Part shown: in pieces, positions 16,317 through 26,308 of the stretch
Layout: the number at the start of each line of letters is the position of its first letter
How positions within the stretch are numbered: the stretch's first letter is position 1
DNA from: Alphaproteobacteria bacterium
GTDB lineage: Bacteria; Pseudomonadota; Alphaproteobacteria; UBA9219
NCBI GenBank assembly: GCA_034002905.1
Contig: JAVEZQ010000002.1
Location: forward strand, 31,348-95,347
DNA length: 64,000 nt
Direction: 5' to 3'
The notes under the pieces: model-generated
Told to the model about the DNA's origin: nothing
Database searches by the model: none
Seen by the model: only the letters and a program-made list of their open reading frames with translations
Position numbers and translations under genes: made by a program

Positions 16317-16868
16317 TCAATCCGGATCCCAGATTTCCTGCAAGGACGGATACGCCTGGATCAGGAAATCAGTGACCTTATCGATGGGGCGATACACGCC
16401 AATCCACGGGATAAGCTCTTCCGTAATAATCAGTTTTTCAACATCTTCATCCGTTATGTGGATACGATCCCAATACAGATAATAGAAGTTCTCTTCCCCT
16501 TTGACCAAGACGGCCATAATCGTCTTAGGGAATGCGGGATCATCAAGCTGAACAAGCAAATAATTCTGATCGTTATGCGTCTTTTTCATCCACGCAAAGC
16601 CGATGTCGTGATGAAAGAGCTCCTCACTATCGTTATGCATAACGATATATTCCGGCTCTCCCGGATTCTTTCGATAGGGATTATCCTGTATCTTCGTCCG
16701 ACACTTAAAGTTAAGCGTCGAAATCTGGCCGACATAAATGCCATCGATCAGTTCGAACACACCAATACGACGCATAAAGCGGCAGCGCGAGGCTTCCTCG
16801 TGCGATATCTTCTTTAAAGCTCGATTTTCTTTAACGTTGAGAAAATCAGCAGCAGCGATCAATCCCAT
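16317..16868 (-). CDS. hypothetical protein (~183 aa), AT-richer than its neighbours, no recognisable domain
   Basis: The ORF track gives 16317..16949. The ATG at 16868 (MGLIAAADFLNV...) avoids the hydrophobic read-through N-terminus. No motif recognised. Confidence 0.4.
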   Translation of the reverse strand: MGLIAAADFLNVKENRALKKISHEEASRCRFMRRIGVFELIDGIYVGQISTLNFKCRTKIQDNPYRKNPGEPEYIVMHNDSEELFHHDIGFAWMKKTHNDQNYLLVQLDDPAFPKTIMAVLVKGEENFYYLYWDRIHITDEDVEKLIITEELIPWIGVYRPIDKVTDFLIQAYPSLQEIWDPD

Positions 16869-17372
16869 AACACACCCCCAGTTAAGAGGGGAGATTAACT
16901 CCCAATTCCTTGCCAAAGACAGCAAGAGGTGCCATAGGCCGAGCGCCAAAAAAAGTCATAGGTTCTTGTCGGAGCTGAAGCACTTCGTACCCAGTCACGA
17001 TTCACACGTGTGAGTCATCCGTACCGGCAACCGGCCCTATTTTCTTTGCCACCAACCAAAGCCCCTTTCCAAAACACACACGGAAAGGTACCCTTGCTGT
17101 TATACCACATACTCCTGCTCCCCCATGACAGGGAAACCGAAGAGGCAAAGCGTCGTTACATAAACCAGTGGGGAACGTACTAGGTGGTAAGCCACTACAT
17201 CCTTGGGCCAGTGGTACGTGCGCTTTCGAGGGCAACATGACCTATAGCCCCCCAAGATGCAATAACTATTTTACAATTCTGAATATTTTCATATCCTATT
17301 GTGACACACCTGCACCTTGCGGCGAAAAACGCGCGGACCTGCGGAGGATTAACCTTAACACAAAGGAAACCC

Positions 17373-17663
17373 ATGATGCCGGAAACAGACCACAATATCT
17401 CGCTAATTGTCGCAGGAATTATCTTGGCAGGCTTTGTCCTGATGATAGCCCCCGGCGTTCTTCTCAGAAATAGGGGCGTCATCCTGCGGAACATTGCCAT
17501 CTGGCTGGGTGTCTTCCTTTTGCTTGCCGTGGCCTATCGCACCATCGGGCCGGGCAAGGCCATCCTTGAGCCGACAGTCGCCCAACAACAACCATCTGGG
17601 AGCGCTCCAACGCCGCTTTCACCCTCTTCACGAGAGGATGAAGGGATTCTGACGGTTAAATAG
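17373..17663 (+). CDS. small hypothetical membrane protein (~96 aa, 2 predicted TM helices)
   Basis: An ATG ATG start at 17373 is preceded by aaggaaaccc (RBS). MMPETDHNISLIVAGIILAGFVLMIAPGVLL...IAIWLGVFLLLAVAY. The ORF track opens earlier, at 17301. Confidence 0.4.
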   Translation: MMPETDHNISLIVAGIILAGFVLMIAPGVLLRNRGVILRNIAIWLGVFLLLAVAYRTIGPGKAILEPTVAQQQPSGSAPTPLSPSSREDEGILTVK

Positions 17664-17877
17664 AAGGGCAAAAGGGACGCCAGCAGCCCTCTTCCCAGAA
17701 TCACCTCCCAGAAGGCCTCTAAATAAGCCATAGAAGGGGCATAAACAGCTTTTCTCGACTAGCCTCTACTCCCCTAGCCTAGGATCTTGAAGCCCCTCAC
17801 GCCTCATTTATAGGCTTATATGACTATATTAAGAAATATAGTTAATTTTTCCCCATTTTCAACTTTCTTCAAGCCTC

Positions 17878-17918
17878 AAAAAAACCCCGCTACCAAACGG
17901 CAGCGGGGTTTTTGATTT
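17878..17918. terminator. bidirectional rho-independent terminator between the small membrane protein gene and hppA
   Basis: aaaaaaaccccgctaccaaacggcagcggggtttttgatttt. A 7-bp GC stem (ccccgct/agcgggg) is flanked by an A-tract upstream and a T-tract downstream. It serves convergent transcripts. Confidence 0.75.
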
Positions 17919-17932
17919 TCAGATCAAGCCGA

Positions 17933-20032
17933 TTAGGCCATCGCGTGAAGGATTGCCAAGAGCAAGATCGCAACAATGTTGATGATCTTGATCATCGGGT
18001 TGATGGCGGGGCCAGCCGCATCCTTGTACGGATCGCCCACGGTGTCACCCGTCACAGCGGCCTTGTGAGCATCGGAGCCCTTGCCGCCATGATGGCCTTC
18101 TTCGATGTACTTCTTGGCATTATCCCAAGCGCCGCCGCCCGATGTCATTGACAAGGCAACGAACAGACCTGTGACAATCGTACCAAGCAGCATGGCGCCC
18201 AAAGCCGTAAAGGCTTCAGCCTGACCAGCAACTTGAGACACAATGACATACAAGACGATTGGCGCAGCAATCGGAAGCAGCGAAGGCACAATCATTTCAC
18301 GGATCGCGGCCTTGGTCAGCATATCGACGGCGCGGCCATATTCCGGCTTCGCCTTGCCTTCCATGATGCCTTTGATCTCGCGGAACTGACGACGCACTTC
18401 CTGCACGACCGAACCAGCCGCACGGCCAACAGCCGTCATGGCCATCGCACCGAACAGATAGGGCAACATGCCACCGATGAACAGACCAACCACAACATAC
18501 GGATTCTGAAGATCAAACTTGATATCCAGATCCGCAAAATAGTGGCGCAGGTCTTCGATATAAGCAGCAAACAGAACGAGCGAAGCCAACCCCGCCGAAG
18601 CGATGGCATAGCCCTTCGTCACAGCCTTGGTTGTGTTGCCGACAGCGTCCAGAGCGTCCGTGGTGACACGGATTTCCTTGGGCATTTCCGACATTTCGGC
18701 AATACCGCCCGCATTGTCTGTCACGGGGCCATAAGCGTCAACTGCAACGATCATACCGGCAAGAGCCAGCATCGTTGTAGCTGCAATGGCAATACCGAAC
18801 AGACCGCAGAACATGTACGAGACAATGATACCGACGGAGATCACGATAACCGGCAGAGCTGTCGCTTCCATCGAAACGGCCAGACCTTGGATCACGTTTG
18901 TGCCATGGCCGTTAACAGAAGCCGCAGCAACGCTCTTAACAGGGCGATACTGTGTCGAGGTGTAGTACTCGGTGATCCAGACCATAAGGGCTGTCACACC
19001 AAGACCCGTCAACGAACAATAGAACAGGTTCATGCCCGTGATGGAGAACGCGTCGATCTTGGCGATCTCGGTGTCCAAACCAACCATATAGTTGATGGCA
19101 ACGGCAATCAAACCAGCCGAGATCACACCCGTGGCGATCAGACCCTTATAAAGGGCGCCCATGATGTTTTGCTTGGCGTTCAAGCGAACAAAGTATGTTC
19201 CGATCACCGAAGCGACGATACAAACACCAGCGATCACCAGCGGCAAGGTCATCATGACATCGCGTGTCCCACCGACGAAGAATGTCGCGGCCAACAGCAT
19301 CGTGGCCACAATCGTTACCGCATAGGTTTCGAACAAGTCAGCTGCCATACCAGCACAATCACCGACATTGTCCCCAACGTTGTCAGCGATAACGGCAGGG
19401 TTACGTGGGTCATCCTCGGGGATACCGGCTTCAACCTTACCAACAAGGTCCGCACCGACATCAGCACCCTTTGTGAAGATACCGCCGCCAAGGCGTGCAA
19501 AAATCGAAATCAAAGAAGCGCCGAAGCTCAAGGCAACAAGGGCTTCGATGATGGGGCGAATGTCGGCCCCTTCCATACCCTTCCACTGGATCAAAACCCA
19601 GAAGTACCCGCCGACAGCCAAGATGCCGAGACCGACAACCAGAAGGCCTGTCACAGCGCCCGAACGGAAAGCAATGCTCAGCGCTTCTTTCATGCCGACC
19701 TGTGCCGCGGCAGCCGTGCGGACATTGGCGCGGACGGAAACGTTCATACCAATATAGCCAGCCACACCTGACAAAACAGCACCGACGATAAAGCCTAGCC
19801 CGACATGAACGCCTAGGAAAGCGCCAAGAGCCAGACAGATAACCACGCCGACAATGCCGATAGTCAGATACTGACGGTTAAGATAAGCCTGCGCGCCTTC
19901 TTGAATGGCGCTGGCAATTTCTTGCATGCGAGCGGTGCCGGCTGATGACGACAGCACGGATTTGGCCGTAACCAACCCGTAGGCCAAGGCCAAAAGACCG
20001 CTGGCAAATATAAGTATGAACTCAATACTCAT
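17933..20032 (-). CDS. hppA: H+-translocating (V-type) membrane pyrophosphatase
   Basis: About 700 aa and polytopic, with [31 protein letters not shown] and GDTVGDP motifs characteristic of H+-PPases. The likely start is the ATG at 20032 (MSIEFILIF...), preceded by gaggaa. The ORF track opens at 20080. Confidence 0.9.
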   Translation of the reverse strand: MSIEFILIFASGLLALAYGLVTAKSVLSSSAGTARMQEIASAIQEGAQAYLNRQYLTIGIVGVVICLALGAFLGVHVGLGFIVGAVLSGVAGYIGMNVSVRANVRTAAAAQVGMKEALSIAFRSGAVTGLLVVGLGILAVGGYFWVLIQWKGMEGADIRPIIEALVALSFGASLISIFARLGGGIFTKGADVGADLVGKVEAGIPEDDPRNPAVIADNVGDNVGDCAGMAADLFETYAVTIVATMLLAATFFVGGTRDVMMTLPLVIAGVCIVASVIGTYFVRLNAKQNIMGALYKGLIATGVISAGLIAVAINYMVGLDTEIAKIDAFSITGMNLFYCSLTGLGVTALMVWITEYYTSTQYRPVKSVAAASVNGHGTNVIQGLAVSMEATALPVIVISVGIIVSYMFCGLFGIAIAATTMLALAGMIVAVDAYGPVTDNAGGIAEMSEMPKEIRVTTDALDAVGNTTKAVTKGYAIASAGLASLVLFAAYIEDLRHYFADLDIKFDLQNPYVVVGLFIGGMLPYLFGAMAMTAVGRAAGSVVQEVRRQFREIKGIMEGKAKPEYGRAVDMLTKAAIREMIVPSLLPIAAPIVLYVIVSQVAGQAEAFTALGAMLLGTIVTGLFVALSMTSGGGAWDNAKKYIEEGHHGGKGSDAHKAAVTGDTVGDPYKDAAGPAINPMIKIINIVAILLLAILHAMA

Positions 20033-20189
20033 TTCTGGTTCCTCACTAATGTCTGAGACAATGCAGGCGTTGGGTATCAAAGAAGCCTACAGGGACACGC
20101 CACCGTTAACTCTGTTAACGACAGGCCGAAAGAGAATGCCGAAAGAAAACGCCAAACGCAAGGGGGGAATAGGAAAGAATCAGGATTTT

Positions 20190-20693
20190 TTACAATTTAC
20201 GCTGCGCGATGCCCTGAATATAGACTTCCGTGACATGTTCTTTTTCAAAATTGTTATTTATCGTATTGATAATCTTTCTTTTTATCATGGGGATATCCAA
20301 ATGCATGGGCGTTGGCTCTTCATCAGAAATGAACCCGTACAAAGCAACAATAAGAGAGTCTTTTAACTTGGGCATTTTCTTTTGAAGACTTTCGGCCGAC
20401 GCTCTGTCTTTCATTTGCAAATCTACGAGCATGGAAACCAACTGCTCCGAGCCATATTCGCCGATAATCGGGAACGTAATCGGCGTGAGATGCAAGTAGA
20501 TTTCACCATCACCTTCGCCACTCGTGATGGTTGCAAACTCCTCTTTCTTGGGTGGCTTTTTTTTCTCGCTGTGCCCCCCTGCCTCGGCATTATGGCCGCC
20601 ACCGCCGCTCGCCAAAGCCGGAGCACTCGGCACGGTTAGGAAAACCGCCAATACAGCCAGAACCAAAAAAGAAGAAATTTTACGTACATCCAT
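20190..20693 (-). CDS. FliL-like protein (flagellar basal-body-associated FliL family fold), no other flagellar genes nearby
   Basis: 167 aa with an N-terminal signal/anchor and a Gly/Lys-rich linker. The C-terminal YLHLTPITFPIIGEYGSEQLVSMLVDLQMKDRASAESLQKKMPKLKDSLIVALYGF follows the FliL pattern (Y.aL.P..vnL...g..YL.v.i.L......a.....mP.ir....). Confidence 0.4.
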   Translation of the reverse strand: MDVRKISSFLVLAVLAVFLTVPSAPALASGGGGHNAEAGGHSEKKKPPKKEEFATITSGEGDGEIYLHLTPITFPIIGEYGSEQLVSMLVDLQMKDRASAESLQKKMPKLKDSLIVALYGFISDEEPTPMHLDIPMIKRKIINTINNNFEKEHVTEVYIQGIAQRKL

Positions 20694-20748
20694 GGAATTA
20701 CACCCACCATACCGAGTGTAATTTTATCAAAGAGGCTTTGAGAATCCG

Positions 20749-21222
20749 TTAAGCTCGTAACTTCTTGCCAATACGGTCAAGCAACGCATTGACAAGTTTA
20801 GATTCTTTCCCTTGAAAAAAAGCGCGGGTTACATCCACATAATCATTAATGATAATGCCAGACGCGACTTCCGGGCAGTAATAGAGTTCATATATACCGG
20901 CAATCAGGATCGTTTTGAGCAACTTTTCCATACGCTCTTTCGATCGATCTTCTCCCAACGCGGCATCCAGAACTTCTTCCAAAGCCGGCTGATGCTCGAC
21001 AACTCCTAAAACAAGCGCACGCATCAAATCGATATCCGGTGTCTCCGGAATGTCCTCACCCTCAAGCTCCTCGTCATTCAGGAATGTTTGCCCTTCCAAC
21101 GCCATGCGTGCGAGAATTTCATCAACGCTTTCTTCTTCATACGCCGACTGAAACAGTGCTTGCACAGCCGAGAGGCGCGCAAGACGCTTTGAAAAGTTTT
21201 TATTCTTATGAGCTGACATCAA
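20749..21222 (-). CDS. nusB: transcription antitermination factor NusB
   Basis: 157 aa. ARLSAVQALFQ and the helical NusB core. It sits downstream of ribH as in the canonical ribH–nusB arrangement. Confidence 0.85.
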   Translation of the reverse strand: MMSAHKNKNFSKRLARLSAVQALFQSAYEEESVDEILARMALEGQTFLNDEELEGEDIPETPDIDLMRALVLGVVEHQPALEEVLDAALGEDRSKERMEKLLKTILIAGIYELYYCPEVASGIIINDYVDVTRAFFQGKESKLVNALLDRIGKKLRA

Positions 21223-21233
21223 CGCCTACCACT

Positions 21234-21764
21234 TTACCGACCGACCCAGCGGCGTTTGGGAATGAGTTTAAAGTTTTGCTTGATCTCGATCATCGAAAGG
21301 CAAGCTTCAGCCGCCGCGCCGCCGCGATCAAGCTGTTTGGGATCGGCACGCTTTTGCGCCTGCTCCAACGTATTGACTGTGAGAATACCGTTGCCGATAG
21401 CGAGCGTATGCTCCAGCGCAATTTGCTGAAGGCCTTGAGCACTTGTCTCGCCGACAATAACATCATGATGCGTCTCGCCCTTGATTACACAGCCCAGCGC
21501 AACATAGCCATCGAAACGACGACGAACCGGATCAAAATCCAGAGATTTAACCGCATAAATGATACAGGCCGGGATTTCAAGCGAACCGGGAACCGTGATC
21601 ACCTCATAGGTCGCTCCAACACGATCCAAAACCGCCTTCGCGCCTTCAAGAAGATTGTCGGCGATATCGTCATAGAAACGCGCCTGCACAATCATGACAT
21701 GAGGCTTTTCCGCAATGTTGAATGCTTTTATTTTCTTGGCCTTTTCCATCGTATACCCCGTCAC
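21234..21764 (-). CDS. ribH: 6,7-dimethyl-8-ribityllumazine synthase RibH
   Basis: About 170 aa with PGSLEIP and [14 protein letters not shown] signatures. It lies between ribB and nusB. Confidence 0.85.
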   Translation of the reverse strand: MTGYTMEKAKKIKAFNIAEKPHVMIVQARFYDDIADNLLEGAKAVLDRVGATYEVITVPGSLEIPACIIYAVKSLDFDPVRRRFDGYVALGCVIKGETHHDVIVGETSAQGLQQIALEHTLAIGNGILTVNTLEQAQKRADPKQLDRGGAAAEACLSMIEIKQNFKLIPKRRWVGR

Positions 21765-22378
21765 TCGTTGTGCGCCAAACGATAGGCTGCGAGATCTTTA
21801 ACCGTGCCTATCTTTAAGCCATGTTTTTCAGCAAAGATCAACAAATCCGGCAAACGTGCCATATGGCCGTCCTCTCCGATGATCTCACACAGAACACCGG
21901 ACGGGTTGAGCCCTGCCAATCTGGCGATATCAACCGTCGCTTCTGTGTGACCACGTCGCTGTAAAACGCCACCTTTGCGTGCAATGAGTGGAAAGATGTG
22001 TCCAGGCACGACAACATCCTCGGCCACCGCCTTTGGATGGATGGCGACAGAAACCGTCTTGGCACGATCAAAGGCCGAGATACCTGTGGTCACACCTTCC
22101 CTCGCCTCAATCGAAAAGGTAAAGTTTGTCTGGAACGGAGATTCATTCTCGCCACGCACCATCAAGGGCAGATTAAGGCGCTGCGCCTGATCTTCATCAA
22201 TGGCAAGACACACCAGACCACGCCCATGGGTAATCATAAAATTAATCGCCTGCGCATTCGCAAACTCGGCCATGATGATAAGGTCGCCTTCATTCTCGCG
22301 ATCCTCATCATCCACAAGAATAAACATCCGGCCCCGTCGAGCCTCGTCGATAATTTCTTGCGTCGATGCGATGGACAT
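21761..22378 (-). CDS. ribB: 3,4-dihydroxy-2-butanone 4-phosphate synthase RibB (stand-alone, no GTP cyclohydrolase II domain)
   Basis: 205 aa. [23 protein letters not shown]...HGRGLVCLA...[10 protein letters not shown] are DHBP synthase motifs. Its stop overlaps the ribH start. Confidence 0.85.
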   Translation of the reverse strand: MSIASTQEIIDEARRGRMFILVDDEDRENEGDLIIMAEFANAQAINFMITHGRGLVCLAIDEDQAQRLNLPLMVRGENESPFQTNFTFSIEAREGVTTGISAFDRAKTVSVAIHPKAVAEDVVVPGHIFPLIARKGGVLQRRGHTEATVDIARLAGLNPSGVLCEIIGEDGHMARLPDLLIFAEKHGLKIGTVKDLAAYRLAHNE

Positions 22379-22974
22379 TAGACAATGCCCCTGTTCGCCA
22401 GAATACGCCCGACATAGCGGGCGATCATATCAATCTCAAAGTTCAGAAAATCGCCGGGCTTGGCCATACTAAGTGTTGTTACATTCTGTGTATGGGGAAT
22501 GATATTCACGCCAAAACGCGGGCCGATCACATCGTTGACCGTCAGCGAAATACCGTCCAAGGCAATCGAACCCTTTGGCGCGAGATAAGAAGCAAACTCG
22601 TCGGGCAGTTCAAAGACAAGGCGCAAGGAGTCATTTTCAGGATCATTTGAAAGAAGGCGGGCCACACCATCCACATGGCCAGACACCATATGTCCGCCAA
22701 TATCATCTCCCATCAAAAGCGAGGATTCCAGATTGATCTTTTGCCCTTCTTGCCATCCGGCAAGCGTCGTTTTGGAAAGCGTTTCAGTAGACACCTGCAC
22801 ATCAAAGCTGTGGTCCGTCATACGAATGACCGTCAGACAGACCCCGCTGCACGCGACAGAAGACCCAATTTTGAGTGTCGGGATGATGTCCTTTGACTCG
22901 ATTGTAAAAACCCAGTCACCCTCTTTGACAATCCGCTTGATCTCGCCTTGATGCTGAATGATACCGGTGAACAT
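22378..22974 (-). CDS. ribE: riboflavin synthase alpha subunit
   Basis: 198 aa. [10 protein letters not shown] with the duplicated lumazine-binding halves ([13 protein letters not shown] / [12 protein letters not shown]). Confidence 0.85.
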   Translation of the reverse strand: MFTGIIQHQGEIKRIVKEGDWVFTIESKDIIPTLKIGSSVACSGVCLTVIRMTDHSFDVQVSTETLSKTTLAGWQEGQKINLESSLLMGDDIGGHMVSGHVDGVARLLSNDPENDSLRLVFELPDEFASYLAPKGSIALDGISLTVNDVIGPRFGVNIIPHTQNVTTLSMAKPGDFLNFEIDMIARYVGRILANRGIV

Positions 22975-22976
22975 GA

Positions 22977-23441
22977 CTAACCGATGGATGTTTCGCTTTT
23001 AAGAGTTTCGACAAAGTCGTTAAAATCAGCGGGCGTACGAAAATCGCGATAAACCGAAGCATAACGAACATAGGCAACGTGATCCAGACGCCTGAGCGTG
23101 TCCATCACCATCTCGCCAATCTGTTTGGTTGTAATCTCGCCCTCGCCCATCGTCTCCATTTGACGGACAAGGCCATTGATCACCTGCTCCAAACAATCAT
23201 CATCGACGGGCCGTTTGCGCAAGGCAATGCGCATCGAACGCGCAAGCTTGTCGCGATCAAAGGTTTTTTTCGTACCATCGCTTTTGATCACGGTCAGTTC
23301 ACGGATTTGCACCCGTTCAAAGGTCGTGAAGCGTGCGTCGCAGTTTGGACAAAAACGGCGACGACGAATGGCCGCATTGTCTTCGCTAGGACGGCTGTCC
23401 TTCACCTGTGTGTCGTCAAATCCGCAAAAGGGACAACGCAT
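22977..23441 (-). CDS. nrdR: transcriptional repressor NrdR
   Basis: 154 aa. An N-terminal zinc ribbon (MRCPFCG...CPNC) and an ATP-cone domain. Confidence 0.9.
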   Translation of the reverse strand: MRCPFCGFDDTQVKDSRPSEDNAAIRRRRFCPNCDARFTTFERVQIRELTVIKSDGTKKTFDRDKLARSMRIALRKRPVDDDCLEQVINGLVRQMETMGEGEITTKQIGEMVMDTLRRLDHVAYVRYASVYRDFRTPADFNDFVETLKSETSIG

Positions 23442-23444
23442 GCA

Positions 23445-24731
23445 CTAGCCTTTCTGCCCATAGATCGGGAACTTGGCGCAAAGTTCGATCACACGCTTTT
23501 TAACGTCCTGCTCGACAGCACTGTTATCGCCATTTTCGCCAACCTTGGCCAAACCATCAAGAACTTCGGCAATGTAATCGCCGACAAGAACGAACTCTTT
23601 CGTTCCAAAGCCACGCGTTGTTGCCGCAGGCGAGCCAACGCGCACACCAGATGTAACAGCGGGAGGCAGCGGATCAAAGGGAATGCCGTTCTTGTTACAA
23701 GTAATATTTGCCATCTCAAGACTGTGCGAGCTGGCTTTGCCCGTCAGGTTCTTGGGACGCAAATCAACCAGAAGCAAATGCGTATCCGTGCCGCCCGAAA
23801 CAATATCCAGACCATGCTTGATCAGCGTTTCGCCCAGAACTTTCGCATTCTCTTTAACGCTCTTGGCATATTCTTTAAAGGAAGGCTGAAGGGCCTCACC
23901 CAACATCACAGCCTTGGCCGCGATCACATGCATCAGCGGCCCACCCTGCAAACCGGGGAACACGGCAGAGTTGATCTTTTTGGCCAAAGCTTCGTCATTG
24001 GTCATAATCATGCCACCACGCGGACCGCGCAATGTTTTGTGCGTTGTCGTGGTTACAATATGCGCATGGGGAATCGGCGAAGGCGTCACGCCACCGGCCA
24101 CAAGACCCGCAAAGTGAGCCATATCGACCATCAAATACGCGCCAACCTCGTCCGCAATCTTGCGGAAACCGACAAAATCAATCTCGCGTGGATAGGCCGA
24201 GCCACCCGTGATAATCAGCTTGGGTTTATGCTCACGCGCCATCTTGGCGACTTCGTCCATATCAATCCGGCCATCTTCAGCACGAACGCCATAGGGAACC
24301 GCGTTAAACCACTTGCCCGACATGCTGACTTTGGCCCCATGGGTCAAGTGACCGCCCGACGCCATGGAAAGCCCCATAATTGTGTCGCCGGGTTGCAAAA
24401 GCGCGAGGAAGATGGCTTCGTTTGCCTGCGCACCTGAATGGGGCTGTACATTGACATAGCCACAGTTAAAAAGTTTGCACGCGCGGTTGATGGCAAGGCT
24501 TTCGGCAATATCGACCATCTCACAACCGCCATAGTAGCGCTTGCCGGGATAACCTTCGGCATATTTGTTGGTCATAATCGAACCCTGCGCTTCCAACACA
24601 GCTTTCGAGACAATATTTTCCGATGCAATCAGCTCGATATTCTCTTGCTGACGTTTCAACTCAGAACTAATCGAGGCATAAAGTTCAGGATCGTGCGCTT
24701 CCAGTGTTTCCGTAAAAAATCCGCTCGTCAT
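23445..24731 (-). CDS. glyA: serine hydroxymethyltransferase
   Basis: PLP-lysine region [14 protein letters not shown] and full-length SHMT similarity. The ATG at 24731 ([18 protein letters not shown]) is preceded by aaggaag. The ORF track opens at 24773. Confidence 0.9.
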   Translation of the reverse strand: MTSGFFTETLEAHDPELYASISSELKRQQENIELIASENIVSKAVLEAQGSIMTNKYAEGYPGKRYYGGCEMVDIAESLAINRACKLFNCGYVNVQPHSGAQANEAIFLALLQPGDTIMGLSMASGGHLTHGAKVSMSGKWFNAVPYGVRAEDGRIDMDEVAKMAREHKPKLIITGGSAYPREIDFVGFRKIADEVGAYLMVDMAHFAGLVAGGVTPSPIPHAHIVTTTTHKTLRGPRGGMIMTNDEALAKKINSAVFPGLQGGPLMHVIAAKAVMLGEALQPSFKEYAKSVKENAKVLGETLIKHGLDIVSGGTDTHLLLVDLRPKNLTGKASSHSLEMANITCNKNGIPFDPLPPAVTSGVRVGSPAATTRGFGTKEFVLVGDYIAEVLDGLAKVGENGDNSAVEQDVKKRVIELCAKFPIYGQKG

Positions 24732-24759
24732 CGTTTTCTTCCTTACATTTTCAAACGTC

Positions 24760-25209
24760 TTACAATCCGCCAAGATCTGTCAGAATCTGGCATCTTTCGG
24801 CATAACGACCTCCAAGGGCCTTGGTTTCCATAAAGGTCTGCAAACAATCGACAGCAAGCCCTTCCCCCACAATTTCCGCACCAAGAACCAACACATTCGC
24901 GTCATTATGTTCGCGGGAAAGTCGTACTGTTGTCGTATTCGTGCACAAAGCGGCGCGAATATGGGCAAAGCGGTTAGCGGTCATATTCATGGCCTGTCCC
25001 GTGCCGCAAATCAAAACGCCGCGCGCTGTCTCGTCCTGCCGCATGGCCGTTGCCAAGCGGACAGCAAAATCCGTCGCATTCACGCGCTCAGTCGTCTCGG
25101 GCCCCAGATCCACCGCCTCGTAACCGTGATCCTTTAACCACTTCACAAAAACGCTCTTAAGGGGCAGGCCTCGATGGTCGGAGGCTAAATATATGGTGTT
25201 TTCACTCAT
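24760..25209 (-). CDS. rpiB: ribose-5-phosphate isomerase B
   Basis: About 150 aa of the RpiB/LacAB family (IYLASDHRG...[17 protein letters not shown]...). The ATG at 25209 is the likely start. The ORF track opens at 25245. Confidence 0.8.
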   Translation of the reverse strand: MSENTIYLASDHRGLPLKSVFVKWLKDHGYEAVDLGPETTERVNATDFAVRLATAMRQDETARGVLICGTGQAMNMTANRFAHIRAALCTNTTTVRLSREHNDANVLVLGAEIVGEGLAVDCLQTFMETKALGGRYAERCQILTDLGGL

Positions 25210-25278
25210 GGCCCCCACAATACTGGCCCTTTGGGGAAAAGCCAAGAAACTTTGTTTCTTTTATTATCTTAGAGAGGG

Positions 25279-26253
25279 TTAAGAGATACTCTTGATCGTT
25301 TCGAGCAGGGCTTTGCGGCGGGCTTGATCGTTTTGGCCGACCTTCATCATCGACTCTTGAGCCTTCAGGCCGAGATTTTCCATATCCATCTGAGCGAGCA
25401 GCATTGTTGTAAAGGGCGCGTTCGTCTCGGCCAAGGGATAACTTATACTCCTTAACGAAGAAAAGCTTGGAGAGGAAGAAGATGACGTCCCCGCCAATTC
25501 GGCCAATCGATAAGCCGGCTCCGGTATTGTGAAGGATTGTGGCAACGCAGATGTTGGTGCAGAAGGAGACACCGAGGCCACGCTGACAGCCTCGCCTCCA
25601 AGATCCGGCACCGTTTCAAACTTGGCGGCAAACTTCGCATAAATCTCTTTAACCGTGCGGGCCCGTCCCGTTGACTGGTCGTAAAAGACGGATTTGTTCG
25701 CGCCCGCGGCCGTGGGAAGATAGTCGGCAGCTTTGGCATTTGGGTTTTCCTTGAGCTTATCCAGAAAGAGCGCCGCACCATTGGCCCCAAGAAAATGCGC
25801 CATATAAAGCTCAGTCGAGCCAATATCGCCACCAACACGTTGTTCTAGCGTCGCTTTATTGGCTTTGGCCAGCTCCGCCGCCATATAAGATGAAACCTTA
25901 GGGTCATGACGCAAAGCCAAAATGGCCTTTTTGTCTGCTGCATTCGCCACACGAGCCACGCCATCTGAACCAACGGATATCTTGTTCGCCAAATCCCCTA
26001 ACCCATACTTATCCCCTGCCGTCTTCATGGTTTTTAGCCATGTCTGGTCAATAAATTGGTAAAGGCCCGTCGCACTGCTCGACGAAGCCTTGGCCGTTGG
26101 GTTCAAGCTACTTTCCTGATTGGCTTCATTCAGCAAATAGGCAAAATCGACCCCGCTTTTGAGGCTGGCGGCCTTAATGGCGGCAATAACGCGCCCCTTG
26201 CTCGACAGGTGAGCCGTGGATTGAACGTTGATTATGTTATTACTTTCAAGCAA
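25279..26253 (-). CDS. SLT-domain lytic transglycosylase-like protein with Ser/Ala/Pro-rich C-terminal region
   Basis: The N-terminal third carries the SLT catalytic-Glu region ESSLNPTAKASSSSATGLYQFIDQTW. The remainder is low-complexity. No obvious signal peptide. Confidence 0.55.
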   Translation of the reverse strand: MLESNNIINVQSTAHLSSKGRVIAAIKAASLKSGVDFAYLLNEANQESSLNPTAKASSSSATGLYQFIDQTWLKTMKTAGDKYGLGDLANKISVGSDGVARVANAADKKAILALRHDPKVSSYMAAELAKANKATLEQRVGGDIGSTELYMAHFLGANGAALFLDKLKENPNAKAADYLPTAAGANKSVFYDQSTGRARTVKEIYAKFAAKFETVPDLGGEAVSVASVSPSAPTSALPQSFTIPEPAYRLAELAGTSSSSSPSFSSLRSISYPLAETNAPFTTMLLAQMDMENLGLKAQESMMKVGQNDQARRKALLETIKSIS

Positions 26254-26308
26254 GATAGACTCCAGAACATAACGACGATTTTATCTTGTCACAGAATGTG
26301 CAAGCACT

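Noticed and set aside
16950-17372. Possibility that the structured non-coding stretch is RNase P RNA, SRP RNA or tmRNA
   Set aside because: Compared by eye with the conserved cores (GGAAAGUCCGG…ACAGAACCCGGCUUA for RNase P, GGAAGGAAGCAGCC for SRP, tag-peptide ORF for tmRNA) on both strands. None is present. It is left as unassigned, and an Rfam scan is still worthwhile.
18233-19771. 512-aa plus-strand ORF inside hppA
   Set aside because: It is antisense to a well-supported H+-PPase gene. The protein is His/Arg/Asp-rich low-complexity with no motifs. This is a typical spurious ORF in a GC-rich gene.
23079-24437. 452-aa plus-strand ORF spanning nrdR and glyA
   Set aside because: It is antisense to two strongly supported conserved genes, crosses their intergenic gap, and has no recognisable domain.
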